From a candidate division WOR-3 bacterium (GTDB taxonomy: Bacteria; Hydrothermota; Hydrothermia; JBDRYB01): a DNA stretch of 64,000 bases. The notes below the pieces were generated by a model that was not told where the DNA came from, searched no databases, and was given only the letters and a program-made list of their open reading frames with translations. The stretch spans positions 9,152 to 73,151 of the forward strand of contig JBDRYB010000007.1 of NCBI GenBank assembly GCA_039803205.1, written 5' to 3'. Each line of letters starts with the position of its first letter. Position 1 is the first letter of the stretch. Shown here one piece after another: positions 37,113-46,495 of the stretch. The position numbers and the translations under genes are program-made.

Positions 37113-38003
37113 TTACCCCTTCCTCTTCCTCACCGCAAGGCCCACCAGAAACCCGATTATCTCCCATGTTGTCAGGGCGAGCCTGCCGAAGACCGCGACC
37201 AAAGCCACGCCAGCAGAACCACCCATGAGCCAGGTGAAGATCCCCTCCTTTACCCCGAATCCCCCTGGAACAAGGAGAAACAGATACCCTGCCATCCAGC
37301 CCAAAGCGTATGCTCCAGCGACCGCTATTGGGTTTGCCCGTGAACCGAGGTCAACCAAAGCGAGCCATAGGCCAAAGCCAACCAGAAGCCATATCAGGTA
37401 AAGATAAAGCGTGGTCAGCAAATAGGCCCTTCGCGGAAAAGCCTGCGGAGGGGGAGCCTCCCTTCTCAGAAGCCTGAGAGGAAGTCTGAGAGCGTTCTGA
37501 ATGGACCTCGGCCAGATGAGACCAGCCAGGCCCAAAATTGCGCCCGCGCTCATCACCCAGGCGATCCACGGTGTCCAGAGGCCGAATGGAATGGCGGTCG
37601 CGGCCGCGAGGAAAGCTGCCCACAGGTTTGCTAGGACCTCTATGAGTATGGAATCCGCCACGATCATCTTGCTGTCTTTGGAGAAATAGAACCTACCTGC
37701 TATGTTCCAGACCTTGCCGGGCATGTATTTTCCAAGGTTAGCGGCTGACCATGCCCAGTATGCCTCCCTCGGTGTCATTTCGCCGCCCAGGTTTTTGATT
37801 ATTCTCCACCATATAAGAGGGCCGAGAAGCGGAGGGGCCGAGAAAAGGATGAAGCCCAGGCAGATTCCGGGGCTAAGCGCGAGCCTACCGGAGAGCTCGT
37901 GCCAACCAGAGGATATTTGCCTGTATAGATAATAAGAAACCAGTATTATCACGGCCGCGGCCAGCAGTGGCCTCATCCATTTCCAGGCTCCCCTCCAGTT
38001 CAA
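37113..38003 (-). CDS. UPF0104 / lysylphosphatidylglycerol-synthase-TM-like membrane protein (putative flippase)
   Basis: NLGKYMPGKVW, VPGGFGVKEG, ~8 TMs. Confidence 0.82.
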   Translation of the reverse strand: MNWRGAWKWMRPLLAAAVIILVSYYLYRQISSGWHELSGRLALSPGICLGFILFSAPPLLGPLIWWRIIKNLGGEMTPREAYWAWSAANLGKYMPGKVWNIAGRFYFSKDSKMIVADSILIEVLANLWAAFLAAATAIPFGLWTPWIAWVMSAGAILGLAGLIWPRSIQNALRLPLRLLRREAPPPQAFPRRAYLLTTLYLYLIWLLVGFGLWLALVDLGSRANPIAVAGAYALGWMAGYLFLLVPGGFGVKEGIFTWLMGGSAGVALVAVFGRLALTTWEIIGFLVGLAVRKRKG

Positions 38004-38746
38004 GGCTTTTTCGCTATGACCTGGAAATGGTTTGAGCGTATATCCTCGGAATCCAGGTCAAAGTCTTTGATAAACTTGAAGGCCGTGAGGCCGGCCTCCC
38101 TGAGGATGTGCGCGGCTTCCGCTGGGAAAAGGAGTCTCAGATAGAAAACCTCCCTTATGGTCTCACCGTCGTGCTCCCATGTGACCGAATCCTCAAGGAT
38201 CTGAAGGTGATGAATTATCCGCCTCACTGATGTCCTTCGGACCTGCTCATCCCCAACCCTGAAGGCCGAACCTTCTGTCTTCACGAAGTTCCCCTCCAGC
38301 CACCACATTGGATTTACGGCATCAAGGATGAAAATTCCTCCGGGCACGAGTGCTTTCTCGACTCCGGCAAGCGTGTTTGCCATATCCTCGTCCGTGAGGT
38401 TGTAAAGAAAGGATGAGTTCAGGCAGAGAACAACGCCGAACTCCTCCTTGAAGCTCATAGTTCGCATGTCTCCTTCCAAGAGCTCTATTTCTGGATACCT
38501 CCTTCTCCCGTGCTCAAGCATGGCGCGCGACACATCAAGGCCCTTGCAGGCATATCCTTGCCTGGATAGTAGGGCTATGTGAGCGCCAGTGCCACATCCG
38601 ATATCCAGTATTGGCCCGGAAGCGCCAAGTCCTTGAAGCGCTTTGCCGATTGCCTCTGCCTCTTTCTGGAAACGACGCTCGTTTATGGCTTCCCATACCT
38701 CAGGGTGGTTATACTGGAACCTGTCTACATTCGGTTTTATCTCCAT
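38000..38746 (-). CDS. Class I SAM-dependent methyltransferase
   Basis: ILDIGCGTG, GLDVS..ML, GDMR, LVPGGIFILD. Confidence 0.9.
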   Translation of the reverse strand: MEIKPNVDRFQYNHPEVWEAINERRFQKEAEAIGKALQGLGASGPILDIGCGTGAHIALLSRQGYACKGLDVSRAMLEHGRRRYPEIELLEGDMRTMSFKEEFGVVLCLNSSFLYNLTDEDMANTLAGVEKALVPGGIFILDAVNPMWWLEGNFVKTEGSAFRVGDEQVRRTSVRRIIHHLQILEDSVTWEHDGETIREVFYLRLLFPAEAAHILREAGLTAFKFIKDFDLDSEDIRSNHFQVIAKKP

Positions 38747-38853
38747 AGGCTAGGCGCAAATTATAAACCCCGGCACCCTTATTTCTCCCTTTGCGCGGCG
38801 CGAACGAACCACAGTGCTGGCGCTCGGCAAATCCCTTGCCTCATAATTTCTCC

Positions 38854-40347
38854 ATGTCCAGATACGCTCTTGTATCCGTCTGGGACAAACGGGGGCTTGT
38901 TGATTTCGCGAGGGGGCTCTTGGAATTTGGTTTCAGGTTTCTCTCAACCGGAGGAACCGCGAGGGCCCTCAGAGAGGCAGGCCTTGATGTCACGGAGGTT
39001 TCGGAGATCGCTGGGTTCCCGGAGGCCTTCGGGGGCAGGCTGAAGACCCTTCAGCCTCTGATATTCGGCGGCATTCTCTTCAGGCGAGGGACCGATGATG
39101 ATGAGGCAGAGCATCTCGGCATCCCGAGGATTGACCTGGTATGCGTGAACCTTTATCCTTTTGAGGAAACCGCGGCCCGCAACCCGTCCCTCTCTGAGCT
39201 CATTGAGATGATTGATATAGGCGGGCCGTCATTGATAAGGGCCGCGGCGAAGAACCACGAATCAGTGATGGTCGTCGTTGACCCGGATGATTACGGTTGG
39301 GTCCTGGAGGGATTGAGGAAGCACGGGGGAAGCCTCTGCGAGAGGGGCCGGAGGCGCCTTGCCCTCAAGGCGTTCGCGAGGACAGCTGAATACGACTCCT
39401 TCATTTACAGGGAGCTCTGGTCAAGGTTCATGCCAGATGAGCTGCCGGATCGCCTTTTCGTTCACGCGCCCATGGCCCAGGCTCTCAGGTATGGAGAAAA
39501 CCCGCATCAGCGTGCCGCTTATTACGGAAAGCCTCCCTGGACGCAGATTTGGGGCAAAGAGCTTTCCTACAACAACATCCTGGACGCGACAGCCGCTTGG
39601 GAGTGCCTTTCGGAGTTCTCAGAGCCTGCCGCGGTCATCGTCAAGCACCTCATCCCTTGCGGAGTAGCGGTCAGGGATGAAATAGATGAGGCATTCGTGG
39701 GGGCATATGAGGCGGACCCGGTTTCGGCTTTCGGCGGAATAATAGCCCTGAACAGGCCCCTTACCCAGCGCATAGCGGAAAACCTCAACAAGTTTTTCTC
39801 TGAGATAGTCATGGCGCCGGAATTCATGCCAGAAGCGCTTGAGATCCTGAAGAAAAAGAAGGACAGGCGCTTGCTTTTGGTTAGGGATGAAGGAGGGTGT
39901 TCCGAGCAGATAAGGAGCGTCCTAGGCGGGTTCCTCTATCAAGGGCCGGATGATATTCTGAACGAGAGGTGGGAGCTCGTTTGCGGGAGCTTGGACGAGG
40001 AGACGAGCCGCGACCTTCTCTTCGCTTGGAAAGTTGTGAAACATGTTCGTTCAAACGCCATCGTGGTCGCGAAAGACCTCACTACCCTCGGTGTTGGCGC
40101 GGGCCAGCCAAACAGGGTTGGCTCCACTGAAATAGCCCTCCGTCAGGCAGGGGAGGGGGCACGGGGCGCTGTTCTCGCTTCGGATGCCTTCTTCCCCTTC
40201 CCGGACTCGGTTGAGCTTGCGGCGAGGGCTGGAATAAAGGCAATAGTTCAGCCAGGGGGCTCTGTAAGGGACCAGGAGGTGCTTGAGGCCGCCAGGAGGC
40301 TCGGCCTAGCCATGGTCTTAACTGGGACGAGGCACTTCAAGCACTGA
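38854..40347 (+). CDS. purH: Bifunctional AICAR transformylase / IMP cyclohydrolase
   Basis: ALVSVWDK, STGGT, VNLYPF, IDIGGPS, LRYGENPHQ, ASDAFFPF, QPGGSVRD, RHFKH; CATAAT 6 nt before ATG. Confidence 0.96.
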   Translation: MSRYALVSVWDKRGLVDFARGLLEFGFRFLSTGGTARALREAGLDVTEVSEIAGFPEAFGGRLKTLQPLIFGGILFRRGTDDDEAEHLGIPRIDLVCVNLYPFEETAARNPSLSELIEMIDIGGPSLIRAAAKNHESVMVVVDPDDYGWVLEGLRKHGGSLCERGRRRLALKAFARTAEYDSFIYRELWSRFMPDELPDRLFVHAPMAQALRYGENPHQRAAYYGKPPWTQIWGKELSYNNILDATAAWECLSEFSEPAAVIVKHLIPCGVAVRDEIDEAFVGAYEADPVSAFGGIIALNRPLTQRIAENLNKFFSEIVMAPEFMPEALEILKKKKDRRLLLVRDEGGCSEQIRSVLGGFLYQGPDDILNERWELVCGSLDEETSRDLLFAWKVVKHVRSNAIVVAKDLTTLGVGAGQPNRVGSTEIALRQAGEGARGAVLASDAFFPFPDSVELAARAGIKAIVQPGGSVRDQEVLEAARRLGLAMVLTGTRHFKH

Positions 40348-43300
40348 GACCCAGTATATCCCTGAGCTCGTCGTCCGATAGCTCGGTGAAGTATGTCTCA
40401 CCGTGAGATAGGATGTCCTCAGCGAGCCCCTTTTTCCTCAAAAGGAGCTCGTTTATCTTCTCCTCCAGGGTCCCCCTTGTCATGAGCCTGTGAACCATTA
40501 CCCTACGGGTCTGGCCTATTCTGTGGGCCCTATCCGTTGCCTGGCTTTCGGTTGCCGGGTTCCACCACAGATCAAAGTGGATCACATGGCTCGCGCGCTC
40601 GAGGTTAAGCCCAACCCCTCCTGTCTTGAGGGTGAATATGGCAACCGGCACCGCCCCTTCCTGGAATGAGCGCACGAGATCCTGTCTCTTTGGGACATTC
40701 ACTCCTCCGTGAAGGAGTAGCGGCGATATTCCGAGCTCAGCCTCTATCATATCCCTGAGCAACAAGGCCATTTCCTTGAACTGGGTAAACAGGAGAACGC
40801 TCTCGCGAGCAGACACGATTTCCCGGATGAGGGGCAGGAGGGCCTTTGTCTTTCCGGAACGGGAAGGATCGGGATCAGCAAAGGAGTCAAAGTGGCGCGG
40901 GTGGTTGCAGATCTTCTTGAGCTTGACGATGAGGTTCAGTATAGAGTTCTTGCGCTTCATGCCCCCCGCTCCCTTTATTGCCCTTAGGCCATCATCAACA
41001 ACAGCCTGATAAAGGCTCGCCTGTTCAGGAGTGAGCGGGCAGTAGTAATCCTTCTCTATCTTCTCGGGCAGGTCAGGCGCAATACCTGGGTCTGTCTTTA
41101 GCCTTCTGAGAACCAGAGGGGAGATCGCTTTGCGCAAGAGCTCCCGCTTGGAAGAATCGCCGTATTTCTGGATTGGCTTAGCCAACTTCTCGTAAAAAGA
41201 GCCCCAAGACCCAAGGTATCCGGGGACCAGGAAATCCATTATGCTCCAGAGGTCCTGGAGGCTGTTCTCTATTGGGGTTCCTGTCATGGCTATTCTGAGA
41301 TCCGAGTTGAGGGATTTGAGGCTTTTGGTCTGTTGTGCCTGTGGGTTCTTGATGTTCTGCGCCTCGTCCGCTATGACCACGCTCCAGGCCATTTTTCTCA
41401 GGGTGGCATCCTCCCTCACCATCCCGTATGTGGTTATGACCACAGCCGTGTTGCGCCTAATCTTCCTGTTCCCTCCGTGATATATCTGGCAGGTAAGCGA
41501 GGGCGCGAACCTCTTTATCTCCTTCTCCCAATTATGCATGAGTGAAGCAGGACAGACAACGAGGGCAGGCCCTTTTATCCTTTTGGATTGACGAAGGTAA
41601 AGGAGCGCGGAGATGACCTGGACCGTTTTCCCAAGGCCCATATCGTCAGCAATGCAGGGGCATGCTCCCAGGATTAGATTGTTAACGAGCCAACGGAACC
41701 CCCGTATTTGATAAGGCCGGAGCTCGGTTTTGAGCCCATTCGGGACGGGAAAATCCTCCGGTTTTCTCAGCTTCTCAAGGAACTCTACGACCCCCCTATC
41801 CCTTTCCACTTCCTCCCCAGCAACCAGCGAAGCTGGGGCAGAAAGGGCCTCCTTTGCCCTTTCCGCTTTATGCATGAACCGGCTGAGCTCTCCTGGCTCA
41901 ACCAAAACCCACTCATCTCGGATCCTCACAAGCCCAAGCTTGTCCCTGACGAGGCTCTCAAACTCATCAAGGCTCATCTCGCTCTCGCCAACAGAGACCG
42001 TCCACTTGAAGTCAACTATATCCTGGAGGTCCAAGAACTTCGTTATCACGGCCTTGGCCTTTGCCTTGCGCTTGATGGCTACCTCGCTCATCCTAATGAA
42101 GCTTTTTGGGAGAAGGAGCTTGCCCCCTGCCAGCTCAATAAATGGGGCTGTTTTGGTTATGAGGTCAAGGGTCTGGGCCTGGGATAGTCTTAGTTTGCCC
42201 TTATCAACGAGTTCCTTTACGCCGGGGAAGAATCCTGATATGTAGTGAAGGGCCCTGAGGGTATCCTCCGAAAGGGCATTTCTGAGAGGCAGGGCCCCCC
42301 TTTCGGTTCTGACGCTCAGGCTCATCTCCCAGCTGTTTCTGGCACCCGGCTCAAGCGAGAACAAAAGCCTCGGGGACCCTGGCCTGAGGAGCGCGAACGC
42401 ACCGAGCCAGTTCTCAAGGGCCGCAGCAGAGCCCTCCTCCTTGATCCCCCTGATTGCAAGCGGCTCCCTTGAGGAGAGGAATCCTTCGCTCCGCGGGGCT
42501 GTTTTGGCTATGTGTTTGGTTATGATTCCCGTCAGGAATAGCCTTATTCCCTCTTCGGGCGTGCAATATTGCTTTGGGTTTTTGGGTTTGGCCACCGGAA
42601 ACATTCCGAGAGGGCAAGCGCGCGAGAGCTCCACAAAGAGCCCCTCGGCTTTGCCGACAATGAGAGGGACCCACTCAATCCACAAGAGATCTTTTAGCCT
42701 GACTGTTCTTGGAATCATATGCCAGGAATCCACGAGAGAGGCCGCGAACCTAGAGAGCACGGAAGCGAACCTCAACGAATCCGTGAGCGAGGGGTCCTGT
42801 GGGAGGGATTGGAGATGAACCCATGCAGAATACAGACCCCTTGGAAACCCTGATACGCTCCTCAAGTTTCCCCTGTGAAAAACGGGAACTATCCTCTCAC
42901 CATCAATCCTGAAGGCCACCTCAATCCCTTGCCACTTATGGAGAGGAGCCGGTTCATCCGGCAGTCCCCTTTTTGCCTCAAGGAGTATCTTCATGAATCT
43001 ATCGCCTGTGGTTTTGGGGAGGGTCTCCGGGACGCTAGTGAGTAGCGCGGCGATCTTATGGCTGGTTTCCTCCGGAAGGGAGAGGTCCAGGCCCGATATA
43101 TCGTTTCTCATCCTGTAGGGTTCCTTTACGGAATCCGCTGGGATGCGTTGAGCGATGGGAGCCTCATTCTGGCTTCCCACAGCGCGCTTGAAGCTTTCGG
43201 GGTCTATTCCCCTCACTCTGAAGAGGATGAAGGGGTCTTTGTCTATTTCCTCTGCCATAACATACAGAACAGAGGCTATGTGCTTGCAGGGGTTCGCCCA

Positions 43301-43672
43301 GTCAGGGCAGGAGCAATTGGTCTCAAACTCTTCCTCCCTAGAGGGAAGAATGAGGGGACCGAGTCCCTCGGGCAACTTGCCTGAGAGCAATTCGGCCAGC
43401 ATAAATGGGCTTTGTCTTACTCTATAAGCGAGCGCTTCAACCTCCTGTGGCGAGAGGCTTCTGAGCGCGATCCTCACCTTATACGGGGTTCTTCTGGTTC
43501 CTTGAACCGAAGCAACGATAAGCCCATTCGTGAGAACATTTACGGAAAGGACATTCCCGGCCCTCGCGTAGCTTCTGCCCCTTGGTAGGCGATTGGCGTA
43601 GTGCCTACCGAGGTGCTCAAGCGCGTGAACCCAAGCCTTTCCCCACCATGTTTTTCCGAAATCCCGTCCCAT
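40337..43672 (-). CDS. SWIM zinc finger fused to SNF2-family helicase/ATPase
   Basis: WWGKAW..RLPRGRSYAR, CSCPD..CKH; LRPYQ, ADDMGLGKT, DEAQNIKN, TGTPIEN, WWNPA.E.QATDRAHRIGQ; 11-nt convergent overlap with purH. Confidence 0.93.
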   Translation of the reverse strand: MGRDFGKTWWGKAWVHALEHLGRHYANRLPRGRSYARAGNVLSVNVLTNGLIVASVQGTRRTPYKVRIALRSLSPQEVEALAYRVRQSPFMLAELLSGKLPEGLGPLILPSREEEFETNCSCPDWANPCKHIASVLYVMAEEIDKDPFILFRVRGIDPESFKRAVGSQNEAPIAQRIPADSVKEPYRMRNDISGLDLSLPEETSHKIAALLTSVPETLPKTTGDRFMKILLEAKRGLPDEPAPLHKWQGIEVAFRIDGERIVPVFHRGNLRSVSGFPRGLYSAWVHLQSLPQDPSLTDSLRFASVLSRFAASLVDSWHMIPRTVRLKDLLWIEWVPLIVGKAEGLFVELSRACPLGMFPVAKPKNPKQYCTPEEGIRLFLTGIITKHIAKTAPRSEGFLSSREPLAIRGIKEEGSAAALENWLGAFALLRPGSPRLLFSLEPGARNSWEMSLSVRTERGALPLRNALSEDTLRALHYISGFFPGVKELVDKGKLRLSQAQTLDLITKTAPFIELAGGKLLLPKSFIRMSEVAIKRKAKAKAVITKFLDLQDIVDFKWTVSVGESEMSLDEFESLVRDKLGLVRIRDEWVLVEPGELSRFMHKAERAKEALSAPASLVAGEEVERDRGVVEFLEKLRKPEDFPVPNGLKTELRPYQIRGFRWLVNNLILGACPCIADDMGLGKTVQVISALLYLRQSKRIKGPALVVCPASLMHNWEKEIKRFAPSLTCQIYHGGNRKIRRNTAVVITTYGMVREDATLRKMAWSVVIADEAQNIKNPQAQQTKSLKSLNSDLRIAMTGTPIENSLQDLWSIMDFLVPGYLGSWGSFYEKLAKPIQKYGDSSKRELLRKAISPLVLRRLKTDPGIAPDLPEKIEKDYYCPLTPEQASLYQAVVDDGLRAIKGAGGMKRKNSILNLIVKLKKICNHPRHFDSFADPDPSRSGKTKALLPLIREIVSARESVLLFTQFKEMALLLRDMIEAELGISPLLLHGGVNVPKRQDLVRSFQEGAVPVAIFTLKTGGVGLNLERASHVIHFDLWWNPATESQATDRAHRIGQTRRVMVHRLMTRGTLEEKINELLLRKKGLAEDILSHGETYFTELSDDELRDILGLSA

Positions 43673-43678
43673 TTGGTT

Positions 43679-44542
43679 CTATAAGCCTGCCCCCCAGCTT
43701 GCCTTATCCGCGAACCCCTCTCCATCAAAGCTGTATATCACGAAACTCTCACCCTCGTAGTAGGCCTCCTGGGCTATTACCTCAAGGACCCCATCGCCAT
43801 TTAGGTCCCAGAGCCCCATGAGCTCAGCCTTAACAGAAACCCCCGCTTCCTCGGGACTGTCAAACTTCTCCTTGTAGACCGGATAAAACCTCTCTTTGCC
43901 GTTTGTGCTCTTCACCATAACGAGGAAGGAGTATAGGGGCCCACTCTGCCCCCAGAATATGAGATAATCCCTTGAGCTCTGCGCTGATATGAATGTCTCG
44001 GCCTTGCCATCGCCGTCTATGTCAGCCTCTACTACCTGGGATATGTTCAACCCTTTTGCGCCCTCACCTTTGATTCCCATCTCAGCGAGGTAATCAAGCG
44101 CCAACTCTTTGTGCTTCTGTTTGGGAGAGGGGATCACATTGGCTTTGGGAGGCTTTCCTCCGGGGTCCAGAATGCAGAGAATAGGCTCTACCCCTGTTAT
44201 GTTGAGATCAGAAGGGTTTGAACTCCCTTCAATATACACAGTCCCAGCATCCGGTGGTTCCTCTGATGGAGGGGTGAAACCCCTAGCCTTGAATCTGCCG
44301 ATCTTGCCAGAGCCGAGCTTCACTATGTCAAGCTCGGTCCCTTCCTTGATGTATTCAAGACACTGGGTATCTGCGAGCCATCCTTGGCCTTTCGCATAAC
44401 CTCCTATTGGATTTATCTGATCCCCCCAATACGCCAGCACGATCCTGGGGCCCTTTTTGCCAAAACCAAAAGCCTTGGCTGGCGCTTCCAATAGCCCGCA
44501 TCCAAAGAACAAACCCAAAACAAAAAGCGCAAACCTTTTCAT
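43679..44542 (-). CDS. Lipoprotein with two DxDGDG Ca-binding-like motifs
   Basis: MKRFALFVLGLFFG-C; DIDGDGKAE, DLNGDGVLE; ATGA overlap with upstream gene. Confidence 0.75.
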   Translation of the reverse strand: MKRFALFVLGLFFGCGLLEAPAKAFGFGKKGPRIVLAYWGDQINPIGGYAKGQGWLADTQCLEYIKEGTELDIVKLGSGKIGRFKARGFTPPSEEPPDAGTVYIEGSSNPSDLNITGVEPILCILDPGGKPPKANVIPSPKQKHKELALDYLAEMGIKGEGAKGLNISQVVEADIDGDGKAETFISAQSSRDYLIFWGQSGPLYSFLVMVKSTNGKERFYPVYKEKFDSPEEAGVSVKAELMGLWDLNGDGVLEVIAQEAYYEGESFVIYSFDGEGFADKASWGAGL

Positions 44543-46425
44543 GGCTGTCTCCTGAAGACCCAGCACTTTTTGGTTTCCTCAGCGGATAGGCCAGTTGCCC
44601 TTGATAGCATCTCGGCGTCCTGTGCCGAAAGCCCCCTAACCAGATATTGCTCTTTCTTTTGTCTGAGCTTCAGACCCATGAGCTCCTGGACCAGGTATCT
44701 GAGCTTTTCGGCCGGCGCGGCATCGGAAAGCCCTGCCTTTATTAGGAACTCGTGGAGTGCTTCGGGATGGTCCCTGAAGTAGTCAAGGGCCGCTGATAGC
44801 GCAGATACGGCCTTTTCGGAAACCGCGATATCCCTCTCCGGTTTCCCAAAAAGGGCAACTAGCGCGATTATCAGGCCGAAGCTGGCCGCTATCGCACCGG
44901 ATACCATGAAACCCACGGACGAGGATTTCATAAGGGGTATGGTGAAATAAAGGGTATCAACCATCCAGTGGGTCATTATCGCTGTAAAAAGCCCGTAGCG
45001 CCAGAACACCAGAGCGAAAAGAAGTCCGCCTATGGTCAGCTCAATTCCCCGGAAATAGACCGGGAATATCTGGTAGCCTGAGTGCAGGAAGGCCCAGATT
45101 ATGGTAGGTATCAAGAAGGCCAGGAAGGTGTTTCTGACAGCCTTCTTGAAGAGCGCGAATCCAAAGAAACGGAACAGGACCTCCTCGTTCAGGCCCGCGG
45201 AAAGGGATGTTCCAAGGGCAAAGAGCGCGGGAATGGATGATGCGAAGACCAGGGTGTATTCGCTCTCAGCAGGGGCCCAGACCCCCATGAACTTTACCCC
45301 TAGAAGGTAGATTATCACCTGAAGGCCCATGAAGAAGAAGGCCAACGGATACGAGAGCAAAGCCCAGCCAGCCATGCGCCGGGAAAGCCTTCCCCTTGAA
45401 AGAGGGAGGAGCCCCCACAGGGTTTCCTTTTTGGTGATAGCCCCGCCTGCCCAGCCTGAGACGACGCCAACGAAGAAGCCTATTACCAGGACTGCCAGGG
45501 CCATACTAATGAAAACCTGCGCTAGATAGCTTGAGAGCTGGTTCGCTGTTTCATACCTGGCCAGGTAGGTTGGGATCAGGGTTGCGTTTGAAATGAGGAT
45601 TGAGAGGCCCAAGGCGACGCCTACAAGGGTAGCGAGCCTTATGTCGTTGCCCCGTTTGCGGAGGCTCACGAAGAACATTATCACCCCGACGAAGACCATG
45701 AGGACAGCGAAGAGCGTAGCTATGGTGCCCAAGAGACTGCCAAAGGAGCGCTGGGATTGATAGTTTCTCGTGAATTCCTCCGGAACCTTTAGATACTTTA
45801 CTACCGAGGCAACCTCCGACCCACATATTACGACATCCACCCTCAGATCGGAATCTCCCCATTTCGCGGAGGGCTTCTTGAATGTGAAGTAATAATCCCT
45901 CCTGGCCTTGCGGTCCTCGGATGAGGACTTGACGAGCTCCCATTCTGCAGGCTCTACTCCAAACTCCTCGCGCAGATGAGATTTAGCTATATCCAGAGCA
46001 TCAGCCTCTTCAAGGTAATCCCCGGGTGCGTCCTCCGGGATGATGTGCTGGAAAGCGGAGATCCTGCCGTCTGGCTCAATCCTCGCTATGAACTCCTCCT
46101 TCGTTAGAGGCTTGAAGAAGCGGACGCGCCAGAACCATATGGGGACAGTGGTCTTACCCAATGCGTTAGCGGAATCAATTCCCACGGTTTTCTGCAGGTA
46201 GACCGAGGCCTCGTTGTCCGCGGAGAATATCGTTGCCTCTTGGTAGCCTGATAGGTTCACGCCCCTTCCGGTCCAGAAATCCCTTGCCCTTATAACCACA
46301 TCGGACTTTGAGAGCTTGAGATCCACCGCGGCTGAGGGCAGGACCTTCTCGTAGAAACCAAAGAAAAGCCCAGCCCCAACTATACCAGCCAAAACGATGA
46401 TCAAGTATTCAAGCCATTTCTTCAT
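44539..46425 (-). CDS. CPBP (Abi/CAAX) family intramembrane metalloprotease with large periplasmic N-domain
   Basis: EEVLFR, WAFLH, H..VD motifs within multiple TMs; TTGAAA-N18-TAATAT-N6-ATG. Confidence 0.85.
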   Translation of the reverse strand: MKKWLEYLIIVLAGIVGAGLFFGFYEKVLPSAAVDLKLSKSDVVIRARDFWTGRGVNLSGYQEATIFSADNEASVYLQKTVGIDSANALGKTTVPIWFWRVRFFKPLTKEEFIARIEPDGRISAFQHIIPEDAPGDYLEEADALDIAKSHLREEFGVEPAEWELVKSSSEDRKARRDYYFTFKKPSAKWGDSDLRVDVVICGSEVASVVKYLKVPEEFTRNYQSQRSFGSLLGTIATLFAVLMVFVGVIMFFVSLRKRGNDIRLATLVGVALGLSILISNATLIPTYLARYETANQLSSYLAQVFISMALAVLVIGFFVGVVSGWAGGAITKKETLWGLLPLSRGRLSRRMAGWALLSYPLAFFFMGLQVIIYLLGVKFMGVWAPAESEYTLVFASSIPALFALGTSLSAGLNEEVLFRFFGFALFKKAVRNTFLAFLIPTIIWAFLHSGYQIFPVYFRGIELTIGGLLFALVFWRYGLFTAIMTHWMVDTLYFTIPLMKSSSVGFMVSGAIAASFGLIIALVALFGKPERDIAVSEKAVSALSAALDYFRDHPEALHEFLIKAGLSDAAPAEKLRYLVQELMGLKLRQKKEQYLVRGLSAQDAEMLSRATGLSAEETKKCWVFRRQP

Positions 46426-46495
46426 GGCGAAATATTAAACCAAGCGCTCGGGGCGTTTCAAAGATTATATCTTCTCATTTCGCGCCGCGAACGAG

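Noticed and set aside
35676..37113. oriC next to dnaA
   Set aside because: The flanks are only about 125 and 33 bp, GC-rich, and have no canonical DnaA boxes or AT-rich unwinding element.
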